A DNA stretch of 60,000 bases, taken from positions 1,926,985-1,986,984 of the forward strand of contig NC_057757.1 of the NCBI RefSeq assembly GCF_004010195.1, given 5' to 3'. Under the pieces are notes generated by a model. It searched no databases and was not told where the DNA came from. It saw nothing but the letters and a program-made list of their open reading frames with translations. Shown in pieces: positions 53,699 through 60,000 of the stretch (positions are counted from its first letter, which is position 1; every line of letters begins with the position of its first letter). Made by a program: the position numbers and the translations under genes. This stretch comes from Chiloscyllium plagiosum (taxonomy: Eukaryota).

Positions 53699-54186
53699 TT
53701 TCAAACCTAACAATCATCATCAATTTCAGCACTGTACCTCCCTCTACATTACATTCAAGCTAAAACAAATCCCACCTTTCTCTTACTGAATGAAGTTTCC
53801 AATTGCAAGCACCTTCCACATGAAAACAAGACCATTTCCGGGAGCCTGCACTGGAGTTTTTGGGGTCAGCTATGTTCCAAACATAACAGCACTGGGAATT
53901 TCTTGGTCCTCGGTTAAATAATCATGACATCTGAAGTTAAAAAAACACAATACGGTTGCACTTACGTACAAATATGGCAGTGGTTCACTATCCCCACGTA
54001 GCCTGCCTTCAACTGTTCTCAATGCCAGCTCCGAACCACCGGATGCAAACATCGATGTTTATAATACTGTAATATTAAACCATCTCCCTAGCTTGTACGT
54101 AGCAACACCATACTCAGCCCATAATGTGTCAGGGCTGAGCAGAAGGCAATTTCATGACAGACGTTATGCTGGGATGACGGTTATTC

Positions 54187-54372
54187 GGAGTCAAGAGAAT
54201 GTGGTGCTAGAAAAGCACAGCCAGTCGGGCAGCATCCAAGGAGCAGGAGAATTGACATTTCGGGCATAAGCTCTTCATCAGAAATGAGCTCGGATGCTGC
54301 CTGACCGGCTGTGCTTTTCCGGCACAACACTCTCAGGCTCAGATCTCCAGCATCTGCAGTCCTCACTTTTTC
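54187..54372. mobile_element. Penelope-derived palindromic element, family A
   Basis: gaaaagcacagccagtcgggcagcatcc / ggatgctgcctgaccggctgtgcttttc arms. Confidence 0.85.
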
Positions 54373-55170
54373 CATGGCAGTTATCGAGGAAGGGATCCCA
54401 CAAGCTTTGGAGGCCACGAGAGATCCTGACTCAGAAAGAAAGAGAAAGTCACGTCTATGAGTCTTCTCTCAGTCAAGTACAGACGAGCAAAGTTAGTCCC
54501 AGAACACAATGTTTGATATATTATTCCAATAAGGAAATTACAGCGGGCTGAATGTAATATTATACAGGGATTCAATTGTATTGGGAGGAAACTACAGAAG
54601 AATCACAATGTATGCCTGAACATATTTGCATCCTAAAGAGCCACTGCATGCCCATGTGATGGTTCTCACAGCAACAGTGATCTGCCCAACCCTTATAATC
54701 TGCTTATTTCCCTTGTTGAAGGTAGTTTGAATAGGACAAGTGAGTCCAACATGCAAGATAACCCAAATGATATGAAAATGTTTGGTTAAATGATCCAGGA
54801 ACCAACTTCACAGAAAGTAGAATCAGATAAAGCAACAGCGAGCCATGAAGCAGTCGGTGTTTTGAAGCTGGTGGAAGTCACCATTTGTAAGTCATGACAT
54901 TCTATATATACACCATCATTGCAGCCAGAAGCTCCCAGCTCACTGTAGAAACATGCCTCTTCGAAGAGTCGCAGGAGCACACTTCACACCATCCCCCTTC
55001 CCCTCTACTCCCACTAGCAAAGTTCACTAGCCAACACAGTAATGATTGGCCCCAACAGCAGCTCTTTTCATTATGTCTGATCGTCATGTTTGCAGAACCT
55101 TGTCCCAAGTCATACTTAAAATGGTTGACAGAGATCAACCTTGTTTTATCACAGGCTCCAGCCCTATTGG

Positions 55171-55233
55171 TGTATATACATACGTACGTATACACACGCA
55201 CGCGCGCGCGCGCACACACACACGCACACACGC
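55171..55233. repeat. Alternating purine-pyrimidine microsatellite (TA/CA/CG)
   Basis: tgtatatacatacgtacgtatacacacgcacgcgcgcgcgcgcacacacacacgcacacacgca. Confidence 0.9.
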
Positions 55234-55574
55234 AGGGCAAGAATAGCTTCATCAACTCTCTTATAACTTCACAACAACTTAATTTTTCTACAGCGATTCA
55301 TACAGTGGTATGTACAGTGGGCAGGCACTAGGTCTGAACCCAAATGACAAAGAGTCAGGTTAGCTCCAACCATGAATTGTGCAGTTCCAGGCCAAGTGGC
55401 AGGCAGGAGCAAATTCTGTTCCCTTACTCACTGACCGCCCTTGAATGGTTTCTTTCACTAATTAACTATACAATCGACTATAAAATACTGATTAGGAATG
55501 CTATTATACAGTCTCCTCTAACAAAGTGCTTTATGTAGCCCATCTCTTAGAATAAGGGTGATTGTCTCTTTTGT

Positions 55575-55707
55575 TCACATTCCAGGGGGGTGAGCCACAG
55601 AGGCGAATGGCGAAGTGAAACCGATCTCGGCTGCGGATGGTGAAGCTGCGACATAAGGCCCTGATGGAGGCACGGTCTGTGGAGGGCTGCTGTTCACACA
55701 TTCCAGG
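55575..55707 (-). CDS. PABIR2: Terminal coding exon of the FAM122/PABIR-family gene
   Basis: Long polypyrimidine acceptor ttttattgtttgtttcag. The phase-2 junction AG|C gives (S)LECVNSSPPQTVPPSGPYVAASPSAAEIGFTSPFASVAHPPGM-TGA. CpGs are locally retained. Confidence 0.82.
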
Positions 55708-55879
55708 CTGAAACAAACAATAAAAAAGGAAAAAAAAAAGTATTGTTAGGATTGGGTCACTGGCAGTATTGGAGCTAAACACAACTTCCTCTGGCTTTCC
55801 ACCCAAATCTTCTCTTCCCTCCTTCTCAACTCATTGATATCTTTTGCATTTAACTACTGTTGTGTATATTTTGTACGTC

Positions 55880-56140
55880 TCTTGCGTAATAAACTTCCAT
55901 GAGTCTTCACAGAAGCATTATCAAACTAAAAATTTAACCCTGAGCCACATATGGAGACATGATGGCAGATGACCAAAGGTTAAGATCTGTGAAGTGGAGA
56001 GAAGGGGACAGCAAGGTTGGAGCAAGGAACTCCAAAGCTAACTGTGGAGATCACCATTAATGGTAAGCAGCTAAAATAGCATGGGCAGAAAACCAAAACT
56101 GAAGCACTGAGATCTCAGTGGGTTGGAGGCAATTACAGGG
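55880..56140 (-). mobile_element. Degraded L2 3' end
   Basis: cttcacagaagcattatcaaac..tgagccacatatggaga..gatgaccaaag. Confidence 0.55.
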
Positions 56141-56679
56141 AAAACCACCACCCGCATTTATACAGCAATTTTAAATCCAATATGGGCATCAATACCTCCT
56201 TAGCTCCTTATCCAGTTCCTCACCAAAGTTTTCTGGTAATACAAAACAAGAGTTGTGGTCAATTTTCACCTGCTCCAGCATGGAAGCAAGTGTAGTTCAG
56301 TCAAAACCCACAAGCAGCTTCGCTATGGATGACTTAAGCCAACATCTGGCTTAGGACAGCCCGTCAGTTAGGGGAAGGGAACGGATGAGGAAATAAGTCA
56401 AACATTCTACTCCCTCCTGTGTCCCCCTGGATAGATACCAGAAATGATCAAGATCTGTTGAGCTTGTAAGACACTTTGCTTTTGAAGTTCACGTCAACTT
56501 GGATAATGTAAGTTATGGGAAGTAACCAGTACTTCTGGGACAGGAAAAAAACAGAAAATGACATTGAATGGAGGTTGCCAATAGTCAGTCAATCTTACAC
56601 TCACTCAGAACAAAATATTTAATAATAGATTCCTATATTATCAGTGAAAGCGACAGTAGAGGGTGAAAGATATCTACCT

Positions 56680-56990
56680 GGGCACGGTAGTTCTGTGGTT
56701 AGCACTGCTGCCTCACAGCGCCAGGCACCCGGGTTCAATTCCCGCCTCAGGCAACTGTCTGTGTGGAGTTTGCACATTCTCCCCGTGTCTCCGTGGGTTT
56801 CCTCCGGGTGCTCCAGTTTCCTCCCACAGTCCAAAAATGTGCAGGTTAGGTGAATTGGCCATGCTAAATTGCCTGTAGTGTTAGGTGAAGGGGTAAATGT
56901 AGGGAAATGGGTTTGGGTGGGTTGCTCTTCAGAGGATCGGTGTGGACTTGTTGGGCCGAAGGGCCTGTTTCCACACTAAGTAATCTAATC
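56680..56990 (+). mobile_element. HE1-type V-SINE in the last intron of the FAM122-family gene
   Basis: Head, V-domain and taatctaatc tail. Confidence 0.92.
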
Positions 56991-57061
56991 AAATGCGGCA
57001 GAACTTTAGATACAGTTTATACCACTTCTACTGGAGAGAAAACAACCTATGTTCGCCATAC

Positions 57062-57164
57062 CTGTGTGAAAGCAATGGTGTTAGCAGAGGAGTCTCAGCA
57101 TTTCCGATCCCAGGAACACCACTGACAAACAATTTCTTTGGGGGAGAATCCACTTCCATGTCCC
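57062..57164 (-). CDS. PABIR2: Penultimate coding exon of the FAM122/PABIR-family gene
   Basis: Acceptor ttgcttttttctacag and donor AG|gtatgg. 103 nt, phase 1 to phase 2, in frame with the previous exon: [34 protein letters not shown](S). Compare FAM122B GEMETESQPKRLF. Confidence 0.88.
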
Positions 57165-57584
57165 CTGTAGAAAAAAGCAAAGGTCAACGACGGAGAGCTC
57201 AAAACAGGAAAAAGAGAGAGAGGACAAAGCACAGAATGTGCGAGTTTCTTAACTTCATCAATAGTGGTAAAAAGTTAAGACATCAAGCTGAAATGAATGG
57301 CTGACGCTAAAATTTAATTTCATTGGGTCCTGCAGGTCTCAGTACTTTAGAACTCTGGTATTTTTCCATCACACTCTGCCCACTATGGTACAGGTACAGA
57401 TATCACTGGTTCATCATTGCAAAATGATTAACTGAATAAGCACACAGTGGTAACATACAACCTGTACAGAGGATTGGATAAGGTTTGTGCAATGTTCAAG
57501 TAATGATGGCATTTATCAGAGTATTAAATCTTGCAGCAATTAAATTCCAGTGTCTATCATGCACCTATTGCCATCTTCAATAGG

Positions 57585-57870
57585 AAGGTGGTGACGGTGT
57601 AGTAATGTCACTGGACAAATGATCCAGAGGCCCAGGTTAATGCTCTGGGGACACAGGTTAAAATCCCACCAGAAAATTGGAGTTTAAATTCAATTGACCA
57701 ACCAATCTGGAATTCTAGGTGATCATCAAACTATTACTGATTGTTGTTAAAACCCATCTGGTCATTAGTGGTCTTCAAGGAAGGAAATCTTCTGTCCTTA
57801 CCTTGTCTAATCGACATGCGATTCCAGATCCATAACAATGTCACTGACTCTTAAGTGCCCACTGAAATTT
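57585..57870 (+). mobile_element. tRNA-derived SINE of a different family
   Basis: gtagtaatgtcactggac..ccagaggcccagg..aatcccacc head and aaaacccatctgg..aaggaaatct body. Confidence 0.65.
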
Positions 57871-58321
57871 CTGATGTATATTTTTTACTATGCTGATTAA
57901 AAGTCTTGTGAAATTCATCCCCAGCACTATTTCAAAGTATTTTTGAACTTGCTTGAAGTAAATTGTTTTTACAACCACTGTGACAGCACTGACAGGAACT
58001 GCAATTCCAGAGAAGAGTCATAGTGGACTCTCTCTCTCCCTGCAAAGATGCTGCCAGACCTACTACTTTATGGTTTTATTACAGACAGGAACTGAAAGGG
58101 AACAGTTCTCAACAAAAAATAAACAAGACGGTGAAAAAAAAATTGGATTCAATTTGATCCCCTTTAAATTTTTTTTAACAAAGCTAAGACTCTAGTTAAT
58201 GTTGATGCATAGAAGGACTATGGAGTCAGCTAGCAGGTACTGCAAGCAATTATGAAAGCAAAAATATTGGTCTTTATTGCAAGAGAGTTGCAAGTACAAC
58301 GTATTATGGAAGACTTCTTAC

Positions 58322-58386
58322 CTTTCCTCTTCAATGGTCCCAAGGCACTGGGTCGTATAGCAACACTCGGGCTGACACTCCTCCTG
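58322..58386 (-). CDS. PABIR2: Internal coding exon of a FAM122/PABIR-family gene (PP2A-B55 regulator); family is clear, exact orthology is not
   Basis: Acceptor tttgtcttttacag and donor AG|gtaaga. 65 nt translating to [21 protein letters not shown], which matches the FAM122A/B motif RRSQSPxxCIRPSVLGPLKRK (recalled). Ends in phase 1. Confidence 0.9.
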
Positions 58387-58399
58387 CTGTAAAAGACAA

Positions 58400-59220
58400 A
58401 GGCAAATTCAAATCCAGGCAGGCATTATTCAATGAGCTACACTCATCCACAGCATATTACAGATTGCCATGAATTGTTGCACCACAACGGTCAAGGTGTA
58501 CTAAACATTGGAACCAGGGTTAATAAGGTTTTGGTCCACAATAAGGGTGCACACCTTCTCTATAAAAATCACTGCACCTGAAGTGGAAGTAGACTATGCC
58601 TAGGGATAGTGGCAATTCAGGAGAAGTAATGGTACACTGCACGCAAGAGACACCATACAAGATATGAAGAATGAGCTCAATGACAGGGAAGAGCTGGGAG
58701 GTGATGAGCTAGGAGAGATCGGTGATCTTGCTTTGTGTAAACGAATTATCAAAAGGCATTAGGAAACATGTACAAAGGAGCACTTTTTAAGGGACAAGGA
58801 ATTTCTGAGACTGCAGGACCTTGTGACAATCTTTGTATGTAGAGTGCTGCCCTACCCAGACACTCAAATGGCCAACCTTCCTGAGCAGGACACCGAAAAT
58901 GTTCTGAAGCTTTCCTTGAAGTGTAGCAGCATTGATATTAATGAGGTCCTTGTTAGCAATTGTTTAGAATGATGACAACTTGTTCATTAAGCAGCATCAC
59001 ACATCGAGTAACAACATCTTAATGAGGAGGCACAGCAGCAATAGGAGAGAAAGGAAAGGAAGCAAATCCTGCATTCTGAATCCCACTACCATGGACATTC
59101 TGCCCTAATTCCTAAAGGTCAGTGGGTCGACAATTGGTCTGTTCAGTCAACAAAGATGTAGGTCAGAAACTCAAGACCTTGAGTCAACATCATTTTGAAT
59201 CAAGACCCCTCTGACAACTG
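58400..59220 (+). mobile_element. Possible degraded RTE-clade LINE 3' fragment
   Basis: C-terminal remnant resembling the CPxC..SxIGLFSH motif (tgccctaat..acaattggtctgttcagtc); heavily decayed. Confidence 0.4.
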
Positions 59221-60000
59221 ACCTATCGTTCCCTTTCAACTTCTCATGTACACCCAACTGTACCGCTAGGTTGTACGTGTTTGTTTTTCCTGCTGACAGG
59301 CTGTTTTGTTACACTTAGACCAACATTTAAAAGTAGGAATTCCCTGTATAATAAAAAAAATCGACCACCCAAATTCTGCTTGCAAGCAGGTACCTACAGA
59401 TGTTACAGAAACAGGCACTCATACAAGTAACACGAGGCCGTTCGGCCCCTTGAACCTATTCAGCCATTCAGTTAGATTGTGACTGGTCTGTATTTTAACA
59501 AAAACTGAGTTAAGATAGAAGTCAGAAATGATCAAATCTACTCACTTGTATGGAAAACCGATGTTCAGCAAGACACAAGAAAATATCATGGGTCCTTTAC
59601 TAGTATTTACCAGTGTTAACACAGAGACTTGTTATTCAGGCCTGTGATTGTAGTGTTGACACATCCTCAGTATTCAGCAATTTAAAAAATACTGTCAGAC
59701 TGTTTAGCACAACATACTGAAAGAGGAGCATGTGTTTGCAGTATATATTTCAAAGTTGTCCATTGACCTCTGACACTCAGCATATAATGGGAGACTGAAA
59801 AGCATGAAGAATATTACTCAAGATTGGCTCATGACTGTAGAATATTTTATTAATTCCAGGAATATAAGCCCACTTAGCATACAGTTCGGTGGTCAAGTAT
59901 AACAGCTTAGCGCCTCAGGCTCAGGAGAATTTCTGGTGATACATGCGTTGTAGAAAACATGTAGAACCCTCTTATGACAGCCAATGACGAAAGAAGCAGG

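Larger units (their letters stand above)
52170..55574 (-). other. Probable 3' UTR of the FAM122-family gene (3.2 kb or more)
   Basis: The first minus-strand AATAAA hexamers I found after the stop are at 52346-52351 and 52190-52195, in an AU-rich block. A further ATTAAA near 49193 could extend the UTR. Confidence 0.5.

Noticed and set aside
55531..55806. ORF-track 91-aa protein (..RSRDRFHFAIRLCGSPPW..)
   Set aside because: It runs through the intron's polypyrimidine tract, and the upstream exon phase selects a different frame.
59546..59610. Possible further exon ending at a GTGAGT donor (59540-59545)
   Set aside because: No good acceptor, stop codons upstream in the two frames checked, and no FAM122 similarity.
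1..60000. CRISPR array or prokaryotic RT/defence system
   Set aside because: The DNA is vertebrate, there are no regularly spaced repeats, and all RT fragments belong to CR1, Penelope or Gypsy elements.

Overview
Eukaryotic, repeat-rich vertebrate DNA. The repeat content (HE1-type V-SINEs, HER1-like CR1 LINEs, Deu-domain SINE remnants, Penelope-like elements) points to a cartilaginous fish, probably a shark. Two minus-strand host genes are visible. (1) The last three coding exons (58322-58386, 57062-57164, 55575-55707) of a divergent FAM122/PABIR-family PP2A-B55 regulator, not predicted correctly by the ORF track, followed by a probable multi-kb 3' UTR. (2) A CpG-island promoter and first exon (~33656-33800) of an unidentified gene; I found no convincing downstream exon in the 33.6 kb to the left edge. 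The rest is decayed mobile DNA: CR1 fragments, SINEs, two Gypsy LTR-retrotransposon relics, and two families of Penelope-derived fold-back insertions with variable-length target-site duplications (TSDs) and hammerhead-ribozyme-like cores. No intact transposon ORF, RNA gene or prokaryotic system was seen. Repeat boundaries were read by eye and are approximate.
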